Source: a virus. From it: a stretch of 64,000 nucleotides of DNA. Both the position numbers and the translations under genes were made by a program. The stretch lies in IMG/VR virus record IMGVR_UViG_3300009146_000002, positions 5,733 through 69,732 of that record; one strand, given 5' to 3'. The notes under the pieces were generated by a model that ran no database searches, was not told the origin of the DNA, and saw nothing but the letters and a program-made list of their open reading frames with translations. Shown in pieces: positions 53,907-62,733 of the stretch. Position 1 is the first letter of the stretch. Each line of letters opens with the position of its first letter.

Positions 53907-54261
53907 GCCAGAGCTGGGGCGCACGCCGGCGTCGATCCTGGCCGAGATCGAGGCGCTAGCCTCGGTCGCCCGCCGGCAGGTCGCCTCACCGGCGCCGGCG
54001 CCCGGGCTGCACCTCAGCGTGGTCGAGTGCGACCAGCTGGCCGCCGTGCTCGGCCTGGGCACGCGCCCCACCGCCGCCTCGATCCTGCGCGCCATCGACC
54101 ACCTGGCCTCGCTCCGCATCGGCGAGGTGCGCATCCCGCTCACGCCCGGCCAGATGGCCGAGCTCGCGCACCGCGCCAGTAAGCGCGGGCGGACGGTCGA
54201 GGCCGAGATGCGCGCGGTGGTCGCGCGGGTCGAGACCGAGCTGTTCCACCACGGAGGCTAG
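53821..54261 (+). CDS. Hypothetical protein with an RHH-like C-terminus (start uncertain)
   Basis: VRIPLTPGQMAELAHRASKRGRTVEAEM. Confidence 0.45.
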   Translation: MKNAPAPTTTTASATTPRGSSSTTARAPEPELGRTPASILAEIEALASVARRQVASPAPAPGLHLSVVECDQLAAVLGLGTRPTAASILRAIDHLASLRIGEVRIPLTPGQMAELAHRASKRGRTVEAEMRAVVARVETELFHHGG

Positions 54262-54650
54262 TGATGGCGAAGAAGACGCCCAAGCAGTCGCTCCCCACCG
54301 CCGCCCCGGCTCACGCCCCGAAGGCCCACGCGCCGGCCGCCGAGCGCGCGCTCGCCGCGCCCACCGTCCTGGTGCCGAACACCGCGCCGAGCGTGGTACT
54401 CGAGTTCTCGCTCGACGAGGACGGCGACCTGGAGGTCGCCACCCACACGGTCGTCGCCTGGCAGATCGGATCGATGGTCGAGCCGGTCATCGTCGCGCGG
54501 ATGCTCGCGCCGCGCCTCTACTGCCTGGTCGAGGCGCACGGCTCGGAGATGAGCTACACGTTCCTCGACGACGGCGAAGACGAGCCGCTCCGCTTCACCA
54601 CCATCACCGCCGCCCGGCTGCACGCGCGCGCGGCGCTCGGAGGGGCATGA
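54261..54650 (+). CDS. Hypothetical protein
   Basis: Coupled ORF with GGAGG RBS. Confidence 0.6.
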   Translation: MMAKKTPKQSLPTAAPAHAPKAHAPAAERALAAPTVLVPNTAPSVVLEFSLDEDGDLEVATHTVVAWQIGSMVEPVIVARMLAPRLYCLVEAHGSEMSYTFLDDGEDEPLRFTTITAARLHARAALGGA

Positions 54651-55141
54651 TGGCGCTCCACGACTTCTGGTGCCCCCGCTGCGGCCAGGTGCTGGTCGAC
54701 GTGAACGTGCCGATCACGATCGGCGCGACCGCCGGCGCGCCCGAGCACTGCGGGTTCCCCGCCACCTGGATGCCCGCGGTCGGCCGCATGGATGCGGCCA
54801 ATGGCCCCGGCTTCACCGCGTTCGAGGCCTACGACGGGCAGAACCGCAAGGTCACGGTCGACAGCCTCAGCAAGCTCCGGCAGATCGAGCGGACCTCGGA
54901 AGCCGACTCGCGCAACGGCGAGGGCCAGCCGATCGTCTGGCGCCGCTACGCGCAGGACAACTCCAACCGCCACACGCACGCGCTCGCCCCGGGGTGGACC
55001 GGCGGGGCGCAACCCGACCCGGCGTTCGTGAAGAAGCACGGCGCGCGCATCCGCCGCGACGCCGAGGTCGCCAACACCGAGTACGGGCCGGGGGTGAGCG
55101 ACGCCACGCCCTCCGCGCTCGATCACCTCTCGAAGGACTAG
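54647..55141 (+). CDS. FmdB-like zinc-ribbon protein
   Basis: HDFWCPRCG..PEHCG; located between terL and the portal. Confidence 0.65.
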   Translation: MMALHDFWCPRCGQVLVDVNVPITIGATAGAPEHCGFPATWMPAVGRMDAANGPGFTAFEAYDGQNRKVTVDSLSKLRQIERTSEADSRNGEGQPIVWRRYAQDNSNRHTHALAPGWTGGAQPDPAFVKKHGARIRRDAEVANTEYGPGVSDATPSALDHLSKD

Positions 55142-55160
55142 GAAGCATAGGCATCTCCCA

Positions 55161-57314
55161 ATGGCAGACTTCTCCAAGTCCGGTGTGCTCGACCTGCCCC
55201 GCTCGACCGCCGAGGCGCTCACCCACGGCGACCCGCGCGTCCTGGGCTGGCTGCGCGAGTGGATCCAGGAAGGCGACATGATCAATCGCCAGGATCCCTC
55301 CTACGACCTGATCGGCAAGGCCCAGGACTACATCGTCGGCAACCAGCTCAGCGCCGATCAATGCAAGCTCAAGTACCTCCCGCAGGTCGTCATCAACGAG
55401 ACCCGGAAGGCGATGCAGGCGCACGTCGCGGCGATTACCGACCTGAAGCCGGTGGCGGGCTGGAAGACCAACCCCGAGTTCCAGGTCCAGGCGAACATGC
55501 TGAACCAGTACCTCATGGCCGAGTGGATGACGACCATGATGGACCTGGACCTGGGCGACTGCGTCAAATACAGCCTCGCGGGAGGGACCGGCGACCTGGT
55601 CATCGACTGGGATCCGCACGCCCCCCACGGCGGCGCGCACCAGCTGACCGCCCGCGACCCGCGCGACACGCTCCCGCTCCGCCCGTCCTTCGGCCGATCG
55701 AACCAGCTGTGGGAGGGCGCCTGCTTCCGCGAGGAGCACACCGTCAACGTGCTGCGCGGCATGTACCCGATGCAGGCGCACGCCTTCAAGGCCTCCCCCG
55801 ACACGCTGCTCGGCCAGGTCATGGGCCGCTTCCGCACGGGCCTCTCGCGGCTGATCTCGCCCGCCGACCCGCTCGACTCGATCGCCTGGCCGGGATCCGC
55901 CTCCACCACTCGCCGCGCGCGCTCGGGCGCGATCGTGCTCTACCGCGCCTACTTCAAGGACCGCACGCGCAATCTCACGACCAAGCCGATCGTGATGGGC
56001 ACGCCCGGCGCCAACTGGTCCTACGTGGTGCAGCCGCAGCAGCCGCTCTACCCGCGGGGGCGCCTCCTGGTCGCGACCGAAGACACGATCATCTACGACG
56101 GCCCGAACACCTACTGGCACGGCATGTTCCCCTTCTGCCGGCTGAAGCTCTGGTCGGTCCCCTGGCAGTTCCTCGGCGTGCCGCTCTTCAACGATCTCCT
56201 GCCGCTCCAGGACGCGATCAACGACACGATGCACGACATCCGCCTGGCGATGCGGCAGTGGACGAACCCCGACATCACCTACAACCGCACGGCGGTCTCT
56301 GAAGCGACGATGAAGCTGATGGACCCGCGCCGCCCCGGCAAGCGGGTCAAAGTGATGCCCGGCTTCGGCGACCCGTGGAAGAAGGAAGACGGCCCCAACC
56401 CCGCCATCATCCAGATGGGGATCGAGATGTGGGAGAAGCTCACGCAGAAGTTCACCGACCTCTCCGGGACGGCGAACCTGCAGGCGCTCCTGCAACTCCG
56501 CCAGATGCCCTCGGCCGACACGATCCAGAAGTACTACGAAGCGCTCACGCCCGAGATCCGCTCCGAAGCGCGCCAGGTGGAACTCTTCCTGCGCGACTTC
56601 AGCGAGATGGTGAAGATCAACTACTTCCAGTTCCTCAGCCAGTCCAAGCGCGTGCAGATCCTCGGGCAGGGCGGCAACACGCTCAACGAGTTCGACTTCG
56701 ATCCCGAGCAGTTCGTCCCCAGCTTGCGCCCCGGCGATCCCGGCTACACGCCCGAACTCGACGGCCAGACCACCTCGCGCGACCAGCGCGCGCAGTACTT
56801 CCACAAGCAGTTCGTCTTCATCGTCCAGCCGAACTCCGTCCTGGCGATGGACGCGACCGAGCGGAAGATGATGCGCGTCCAGCTGGCCCGCATGGGCTAC
56901 TACGACTTCTGGTCGCTGCACGAGACGCTCGAAACACCGAACGTCGGCGCGCCGCCCGCCCTCCCGCTGCCGCCGCTCACGCCCCCGCCGGCCGATGTCC
57001 TCACGCAGATGCTCGCGCAGGTGCAGAACACGCCCGGCGCGCTCGGCGCGATGTCGACCGGCGCGATGGGCCTGCCGCAGTACACCGACCCGGCCAGCCA
57101 GCGCACCTTCACGATGGACGTGGCCTCGGGCCAGATCCTCGAAGTGCGCGTGCCGGTCACGGTCACCGAGCGGCTGCAGGCGCAGTCGTCCCTCGGCATC
57201 GGCCAGACGGTCAATCCCGCCGGCCGGAAGGCCAGCGGCCAAGCGGCCCCGCAGAGCGAAACGAAGAACGACGAGCCGGGCGGGCGGCAGACGATCACCG
57301 AGAGCGACAAGTAG
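55161..57314 (+). CDS. Portal protein
   Basis: 717 aa, after terL; P22-like features (N.TRK, GTG, FPF..GVP.FNDLLPLQDAIN, DLSG). Confidence 0.88.
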   Translation: MADFSKSGVLDLPRSTAEALTHGDPRVLGWLREWIQEGDMINRQDPSYDLIGKAQDYIVGNQLSADQCKLKYLPQVVINETRKAMQAHVAAITDLKPVAGWKTNPEFQVQANMLNQYLMAEWMTTMMDLDLGDCVKYSLAGGTGDLVIDWDPHAPHGGAHQLTARDPRDTLPLRPSFGRSNQLWEGACFREEHTVNVLRGMYPMQAHAFKASPDTLLGQVMGRFRTGLSRLISPADPLDSIAWPGSASTTRRARSGAIVLYRAYFKDRTRNLTTKPIVMGTPGANWSYVVQPQQPLYPRGRLLVATEDTIIYDGPNTYWHGMFPFCRLKLWSVPWQFLGVPLFNDLLPLQDAINDTMHDIRLAMRQWTNPDITYNRTAVSEATMKLMDPRRPGKRVKVMPGFGDPWKKEDGPNPAIIQMGIEMWEKLTQKFTDLSGTANLQALLQLRQMPSADTIQKYYEALTPEIRSEARQVELFLRDFSEMVKINYFQFLSQSKRVQILGQGGNTLNEFDFDPEQFVPSLRPGDPGYTPELDGQTTSRDQRAQYFHKQFVFIVQPNSVLAMDATERKMMRVQLARMGYYDFWSLHETLETPNVGAPPALPLPPLTPPPADVLTQMLAQVQNTPGALGAMSTGAMGLPQYTDPASQRTFTMDVASGQILEVRVPVTVTERLQAQSSLGIGQTVNPAGRKASGQAAPQSETKNDEPGGRQTITESDK

Positions 57315-57329
57315 CCCGAGGGAGGCTCT

Positions 57330-57788
57330 ATGCATATGCGACGACGGCTGACACTCCTGCTCGTGACCGCGACGCTCGCGCTCGCTCCGGCCTGCACCAA
57401 GGTCTACACCGACGACGATCGCAATAACGGCGCGGTGGTCACGCCGACGCCCCTGCCCACGCCCACCCCGACCCCGGCCCCGGTCGTCAAGACCGACCGG
57501 ATCGAGTTCCGCGTCCTCGGCGCGGGGCTCGCCGCCTTCACCCCGGTCATCGTCCGCCACACCGATGCGGTCAACGGCCTGACCCTCTATGCCGGGGCGA
57601 CGCCCTACTTCGTGCAGTTCGACTCGACCGAGTCGACCGTCTTCCTCTACATCGAGGCGTCGGGGAGCGGGTCGCTCCTCCAAAGCACGCTCCAGGTCCA
57701 GATCTACGTGAACGGCAAGCTGTTCCGCGAAGGCTACGCGCAGGGCGTCACCCTGAGCGCGACGGCCAGCGGCACCTATCGTCGGTAG
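57330..57788 (+). CDS. Lipoprotein
   Basis: RRR plus hydrophobic stretch plus LAPAC lipobox-like site, PT linker, Ig-like beta domain. Confidence 0.7.
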   Translation: MHMRRRLTLLLVTATLALAPACTKVYTDDDRNNGAVVTPTPLPTPTPTPAPVVKTDRIEFRVLGAGLAAFTPVIVRHTDAVNGLTLYAGATPYFVQFDSTESTVFLYIEASGSGSLLQSTLQVQIYVNGKLFREGYAQGVTLSATASGTYRR

Positions 57789-57799
57789 AGGAGCCCCCC

Positions 57800-58051
57800 A
57801 TGACCAAACGACACGTCGCGATCGTGCTGCTCGGCTGCGCGCTGGGATCGATGAGCTGCTCGCTGAACGTCACCCCGACCACGCCCAAGGTCTGCAGCGA
57901 CCAGGCGCCGCCCAAGCTCATCCTCAACGACCAGTGCAAGGACGGCGTCTGCGGCTTCACCTGCGAGCCCGGCCGCTGGGCGCCGGTGCATCTCATCATC
58001 GACGACCGCCCGTTCCCGCGCGAGCCGCTCGCCTCCGCCGGGGGATCTTGA
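57800..58051 (+). CDS. Small Cys-containing lipoprotein candidate
   Basis: Signal peptide with SMSC; GAGGAG RBS. Confidence 0.55.
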   Translation: MTKRHVAIVLLGCALGSMSCSLNVTPTTPKVCSDQAPPKLILNDQCKDGVCGFTCEPGRWAPVHLIIDDRPFPREPLASAGGS

Positions 58052-58076
58052 CGAGTCCAGGATCTGGCTCGACGCT
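58040..58076 (+). promoter_or_regulatory. Putative late promoter (GGGGGATC-TTGACG-N17-GACGCT)
   Basis: Motif copy upstream of the head-gene cluster. Confidence 0.65.
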
Positions 58077-58088
58077 AGACGCCGAGCC

Positions 58089-58253
58089 ATGCCCCTCTCC
58101 GCGTCCGGCACGAAGGTGCTCAGCACCATGAAAGCGCAGTACGGCGCGGGGAAGGGCGAGCGCATCTTCTACGCGACCGCCACCAAGCAGCCCGCGCTCG
58201 GCAAGAAGTGGCACGGCACGTCGACCTCGAAGCGGAGCCTGTCGAAGCGATGA
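58089..58253 (+). CDS. 54-aa basic protein (not in the ORF track)
   Basis: MPLSASGTKVLSTMKAQYGAGKGERIFYATA..; ATGA-coupled to the next gene. Confidence 0.7.
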   Translation: MPLSASGTKVLSTMKAQYGAGKGERIFYATATKQPALGKKWHGTSTSKRSLSKR

Positions 58254-58390
58254 GCAAAGAGACCTTCGACCAGATGATCGCGCGGGTGACCGCGAAGAAG
58301 TCCGCGCCCGCCCCACGCGGGGGGCCGCCCCCGCCGCCCAAGCTCTCGCCGTCGCCGGTGAAAGTCCCGACGCCTGGCGCGAGGAAGTAG
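58250..58390 (+). CDS. Small basic Pro-rich protein
   Basis: MSKETFDQMIARV.. Confidence 0.5.
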   Translation: MSKETFDQMIARVTAKKSAPAPRGGPPPPPKLSPSPVKVPTPGARK

Positions 58391-58399
58391 GAGCGCCCG

Positions 58400-58579
58400 A
58401 TGCCCTTCCCCTACGGCAAGTCCCCCGCGAGCAAGGACGCCAAGGCCGCCGCGACCGTCGCGCCCGGCGTGCCGGCGTTCGCGAAGAAGTCGGCGCGCAA
58501 GCGCAAGCCCGGCAAGCGCGCGCCGGCGCAGAAGGCGCTCACACAGCCTGGCCGCTCGATGAGCGGAGGCGGACGCTGA
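58400..58579 (+). CDS. 59-aa basic protein (not in the ORF track)
   Basis: AGGAG RBS; ends GRSMSGGGR. Confidence 0.6.
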   Translation: MPFPYGKSPASKDAKAAATVAPGVPAFAKKSARKRKPGKRAPAQKALTQPGRSMSGGGR

Positions 58580-58752
58580 TGGCCCGCACCACCGTGACCA
58601 AGGCGCCCAGCCCCGACAACGCCGTCGTGATGAGCAAGAACCACGACCCGGCGCTCCTCAAGGGCTCGATGTCGGCGCAAGACTTCAACAAGCGCACCAC
58701 CGCGACCAAGCCGATCCGCGGCGGCCGGTCGCTCAAGGGCGGAGGGCGCTGA
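58579..58752 (+). CDS. 57-aa basic protein (not in the ORF track)
   Basis: TGATG coupling; ends GRSLKGGGR. Confidence 0.6.
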   Translation: MARTTVTKAPSPDNAVVMSKNHDPALLKGSMSAQDFNKRTTATKPIRGGRSLKGGGR

Positions 58753-59192
58753 TGGGCTTCTTCGGCAAACTCGGCGGCGCGATCGGCGGCGGGCTCAAGG
58801 CCCTCACCCCCGGGCTGGGCGGCGGCGCGAACCCGATCAAGAACGTCAAGAACGCGGGCAAGGCCCTGGGCGGCGCGCCCGGGATGCCGGCCCTGGGCGG
58901 GGCAATCGGCCGGGCCCCAGGCGGCAACGCCCTGGCCGGCGCGCTCGGCCTGCCCGGCAAGGCGGCCCCGACCGCCACCTCGTCGATGTCGATCGCCGGC
59001 CCGGCCGCGCCGAGCCTCGCGGTCGGGGCCGCACCGAGTCTCGCCGCCAGCGGCGGCCCGAGCCTGGCGGCCGCGCCTGACCTGGCCGCTGGCGACGGCG
59101 GCATGGCGGCCGGTCCCGAGATGGCGGCCGGCCCGTCGCTCAGCAAGAAGGCCTTCGGTAAGGGCCGCGCGATGCGCGGAGGGAGACGCTAA
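58752..59192 (+). CDS. Gly/Ala-rich basic protein
   Basis: TGATG coupling; ends GRAMRGGRR. Confidence 0.6.
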   Translation: MGFFGKLGGAIGGGLKALTPGLGGGANPIKNVKNAGKALGGAPGMPALGGAIGRAPGGNALAGALGLPGKAAPTATSSMSIAGPAAPSLAVGAAPSLAASGGPSLAAAPDLAAGDGGMAAGPEMAAGPSLSKKAFGKGRAMRGGRR

Positions 59193-59614
59193 TGGGAGCC
59201 TACGGTGGAGCTTTCCCGGGCATGGGCCCATCCCCGGGGGCGCCCGCCCTCGACCAACCCCCGCCCTCGCCCACCCCGATGGGCGAGATGGGCGGCGGCT
59301 TCTCGATGCGCGGCATCGCCGGCCCCGGCCCGATGGGCCCCGGTGGCGCCGGCGCGATCCCCTCGGCCGGGATGCCCCCCGAGGTGCTCACCGGCATCAC
59401 GCAATCGGCGCAGTCCATGTCGGATCTACTCGACAGCTGGGCACAAATTACCCCGGACCAGGGCCCGCAGCTCGCGCTCATCAAGGACATGGTCGCGCAG
59501 TACCTGGCCGGCCTGATGGGCTCGGGCGCGGGCCCGGTCTCCCCCACCGCCCCCGGCTCCGCCTTCCCAGGCGGCGGCATGGACCGCGGCATCTCGGGCC
59601 CCGGCACGATCTGA
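59192..59614 (+). CDS. Pro/Gly-rich head-cluster protein
   Basis: TAATG coupling; helical hairpin flanked by PG-rich tails. Confidence 0.65.
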   Translation: MGAYGGAFPGMGPSPGAPALDQPPPSPTPMGEMGGGFSMRGIAGPGPMGPGGAGAIPSAGMPPEVLTGITQSAQSMSDLLDSWAQITPDQGPQLALIKDMVAQYLAGLMGSGAGPVSPTAPGSAFPGGGMDRGISGPGTI

Positions 59615-59625
59615 GGAGCACCACG

Positions 59626-60057
59626 ATGGCTACAGAGAAGACGCCTGAGAAGACCCTGACCCCGAGCGCGCCGGTCGCCACGTCGAAGCGCACTGCGACG
59701 CCCACCCTCGACGAGGGTGCCGCCCCGACCGTCGTCATCACGGCGCTCGCCCCGGCCTCGGCCGCGGTCGGCGACCCGTCGTTCGTCCTGCGCGTCCTGG
59801 GCGCCGGCTTCACCCGCGACTCGGTGATCGTCTTCGCCGGCCAGGACGAGCCGACGACCTACTTCTCCGACGGCGAGGTCCAGACCGGGATGAACATGCC
59901 GCTCTGGCAGGGCGCCGACCCGGCGATCCCGTGCCTGGTGCGGAACGCCGACGGGGCAGTGAGCAACACGGTCCACTTCGTCATGGACCCGCCGCCCGCG
60001 GTGCCGGTCGACCACGCGGCCGCCAGCAAGCCGTTCCCGGTGATCGACCTGATCTAG
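59626..60057 (+). CDS. IPT/TIG (Ig-like) domain protein
   Basis: ITALAPASAAVG..LRVLGAGF..SVIVF..TTYFSD..VRN.DG..SN. Confidence 0.7.
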   Translation: MATEKTPEKTLTPSAPVATSKRTATPTLDEGAAPTVVITALAPASAAVGDPSFVLRVLGAGFTRDSVIVFAGQDEPTTYFSDGEVQTGMNMPLWQGADPAIPCLVRNADGAVSNTVHFVMDPPPAVPVDHAAASKPFPVIDLI

Positions 60058-60219
60058 CCGACCTCTCGCGCACACCGCGTGCGCCCCCGCCGACGACGAC
60101 GACTCCGACGACCACGCCAATCACAACGCCCAGGTGAGAGGAACCTCTCGCCGCCCTAGCCCGCACCCGCGGAGGGGCGCGCGGTCGTTCTTGCCTCGAC
60201 CCGGGAAGGAGTCAGTCAG

Positions 60220-61017
60220 ATGGGTGCTTTCGAGTCGGGTCAATCGTTCCTCGCTGGCGTGCTCAGCAAGCTCCCCGCGGAGCAGCAGGCACAGGCGCGA
60301 GCGATCTTCGATGCTGCGGAGGCGAAAGACGCCGTCGTCCTCCTGGGCGACGGCGCGCTAGCCCGCAGCGACTACAGCCGCTCGATGGACACGATCCGCG
60401 AACAGGAGCGGGCGCTCACCGAGTACTACACGCGGCTCGACGGGTGGTACGCCGAGAACAAGGCGACGCTCGACGCGGCCGCGCAGCGTGGCGGGGCCGC
60501 CGACCCGGCGCCGCCGCAGGACCGGACGCCCAACGGGGGCGCCGGCGGGAACGTCGCGCTCAGCGCCGACGACATCCGCCGGATCGCGAACGACGCGGTC
60601 AACGAAGCGGGGCGGGACTACATCCAGGTCTCGGCCTTTCTCTCGACGCAGGGGGCGCGGCACAGCCACCTCTTCAACGAGCCGCTGGACATGACCGAAC
60701 TGGTCGCGAACCCGAAACTCGGCAAGCCCATCTACGGACAACCCGGGCGGGTCTACTCGCTGCAAGACGCTTACATGGAGCGGTACGGCGAGCGGATCCA
60801 GAAGAAACAACAAGAGGCAGAGGACAAGCGGATCAACGACGAAGTCGACAAGCGTCTGGGCGAGAAGCTCAAGGCGACGCAGAGCGGACACCCGTTCCCC
60901 CTGCGCACCGAGGCCTCCCCGCTCGACGCGCTCAGCACCAAGGAAGGCCCCGCGGCCCACACGCTCGACTCGGCGGTCGCCGAGTACGAACGGTTGGTCT
61001 CGGCCAAACAGGGCTGA
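60220..61017 (+). CDS. Capsid scaffolding protein
   Basis: Helical/coiled-coil protein with an SDYSR motif, immediately before the capsid gene. Confidence 0.7.
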   Translation: MGAFESGQSFLAGVLSKLPAEQQAQARAIFDAAEAKDAVVLLGDGALARSDYSRSMDTIREQERALTEYYTRLDGWYAENKATLDAAAQRGGAADPAPPQDRTPNGGAGGNVALSADDIRRIANDAVNEAGRDYIQVSAFLSTQGARHSHLFNEPLDMTELVANPKLGKPIYGQPGRVYSLQDAYMERYGERIQKKQQEAEDKRINDEVDKRLGEKLKATQSGHPFPLRTEASPLDALSTKEGPAAHTLDSAVAEYERLVSAKQG

Positions 61018-61078
61018 GCGCGCCAGCAGATCGCCGCCGTCGACCGCCGTCGTGATGAGGCCGCACTAGGAGGCTCCC

Positions 61079-62131
61079 GTGGCAATTCAGCTCGACGAAG
61101 TCAACACCACCGTTACGAAAGAGATCGAACCCGGCGTCGTGGACGGCTATTTCAAGGCCGGCCCCTTCATCGCGATGGCCAAGTCCCGCTTCAACCGGAA
61201 GTGGATTGGGCCCCAGATCCAAGAGAACTTCATGTACAAGCCCATGAAGGGCGGCGCGTACAAGAAGGGCTCCTCGTTCGACATCACCCGCCGGCAGACG
61301 CGCACCGGGCTGCTCTTCGGCCCGCGCTACTACCAGGTCGGCATCACCGAGTTCCTCGAAGACCTGGAAGTCGAACTCGCTGGCCCGCGCGCGGCCTTCA
61401 GCGTCATCCGCACCGACATGGCCCAGGCCTCGCTGACCATGTCCGCGATCCTGGAGATCGCCGCCTTCCATCACGGCCAGGCCCTCGCGGGCGACGACCG
61501 CTCGATGGAGATGAACGGCCTGGAAGAGGCGCTCAACAACGGCACGACCGCCAGCTGGGCGGGGAACATCTTCCCCTCCTACGGCGGCCAGACCCGCGTT
61601 GACGTCTCGCCCGCCCTCGACCCGCCCTCGGGCCTCATCGCGCAGGATCTGGGCGGCGCGCCCATCTCCTACCGCGTGCTCCGCCACAGCTACTTCAGCT
61701 GCATCATCGGCAACGAAGCGCCGACGATCGGCATCACGACCAACCGCTGCATGGGCTACATCGCGGAGAACTTCCTGCCGCACCAGATCATCGACACCAC
61801 GCAGCCGGAGATCAACTGGCCGGGGATGAAGTTCGACAAGGCCACGATCACGATGTCGCAGTACTGCCCCGGCGCCGACGGCGTGAACGACGCGGATCTG
61901 GGCAGCTACTACGCCCCGAACGAGACCTTCTGGTGGCTGAACTTCGGTCCCCAGGGCGACGACGCCTACATCCGCCTCTACATCGCGCAGTCGCGGAAGT
62001 TCGCGTTCGGCTTCACCGGCTTCAAGGGCGCGCGGCAGGACAACCAGGTCGCCGGGCAGATCCTCTTCGCCGGCAACCTCACCGTGAAGGCGCTGCGCCT
62101 CTCCCGGGTCATCTCTGGCATCGGCAGCTAG
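61079..62131 (+). CDS. Major capsid protein
   Basis: 350 aa, AGGAGG RBS, HK97-like pattern (MNGLE, YGGQTR), position after the scaffold. Confidence 0.88.
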   Translation: MAIQLDEVNTTVTKEIEPGVVDGYFKAGPFIAMAKSRFNRKWIGPQIQENFMYKPMKGGAYKKGSSFDITRRQTRTGLLFGPRYYQVGITEFLEDLEVELAGPRAAFSVIRTDMAQASLTMSAILEIAAFHHGQALAGDDRSMEMNGLEEALNNGTTASWAGNIFPSYGGQTRVDVSPALDPPSGLIAQDLGGAPISYRVLRHSYFSCIIGNEAPTIGITTNRCMGYIAENFLPHQIIDTTQPEINWPGMKFDKATITMSQYCPGADGVNDADLGSYYAPNETFWWLNFGPQGDDAYIRLYIAQSRKFAFGFTGFKGARQDNQVAGQILFAGNLTVKALRLSRVISGIGS

Positions 62132-62146
62132 GTTCAGGAGTCCATC

Positions 62147-62725
62147 ATGCCCAGCGTCTACGAAAACAACGCCGTCTACCTCCAGAGCGGTGACCCGCTC
62201 ACGGAGAACGCCGCCGCCCTGGCGCAGCCGGGTACCCTCGGCGCGCGCTTCACGATGCAGTACCCCACCAGCCGGGCGACCCCGGCCACGGCGGCCAACG
62301 CGCCCCGCACCCGCCGCTTCCAGCTGGTGCAGGTCGACGCGCTCGCGGCCGCCGCGCCCAAGGCCGGCCAGCCGGTCTACTGGGTCGACCGCGGCGCCTA
62401 CAAGGTCACGACCGCCGGCGGCACGCTGCTCAACCAGCTGGCGGGCGTGATCAACAACGCGGCGACGCGCGGCAACTACACCTGCATCCAGCTGGGCGGC
62501 CCTTGCCTGGTGCGGGCGTCGGACGCCAACGTCGCGGCGGCCGTCGCCGGGGCGGACGTCCTGGTGGGCGGGGCGACCGACCTGGGCGTGCTCGTGGCGG
62601 CCGGCACCGCGCCGGGCACCGTCGGGCTGGGCACCATCGCCACGCCCAAGACGACCGACGTGACCGGCGGCACGGGCAACCACAAGATCCTGGTGGACCT
62701 CGACGTGCCGTCGGAGAACTTCTAG
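62147..62725 (+). CDS. Capsid decoration/cement protein candidate
   Basis: Directly after the MCP; GNYTCIQLGG beta motif. Confidence 0.55.
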   Translation: MPSVYENNAVYLQSGDPLTENAAALAQPGTLGARFTMQYPTSRATPATAANAPRTRRFQLVQVDALAAAAPKAGQPVYWVDRGAYKVTTAGGTLLNQLAGVINNAATRGNYTCIQLGGPCLVRASDANVAAAVAGADVLVGGATDLGVLVAAGTAPGTVGLGTIATPKTTDVTGGTGNHKILVDLDVPSENF

Positions 62726-62733
62726 GAGCCGTC

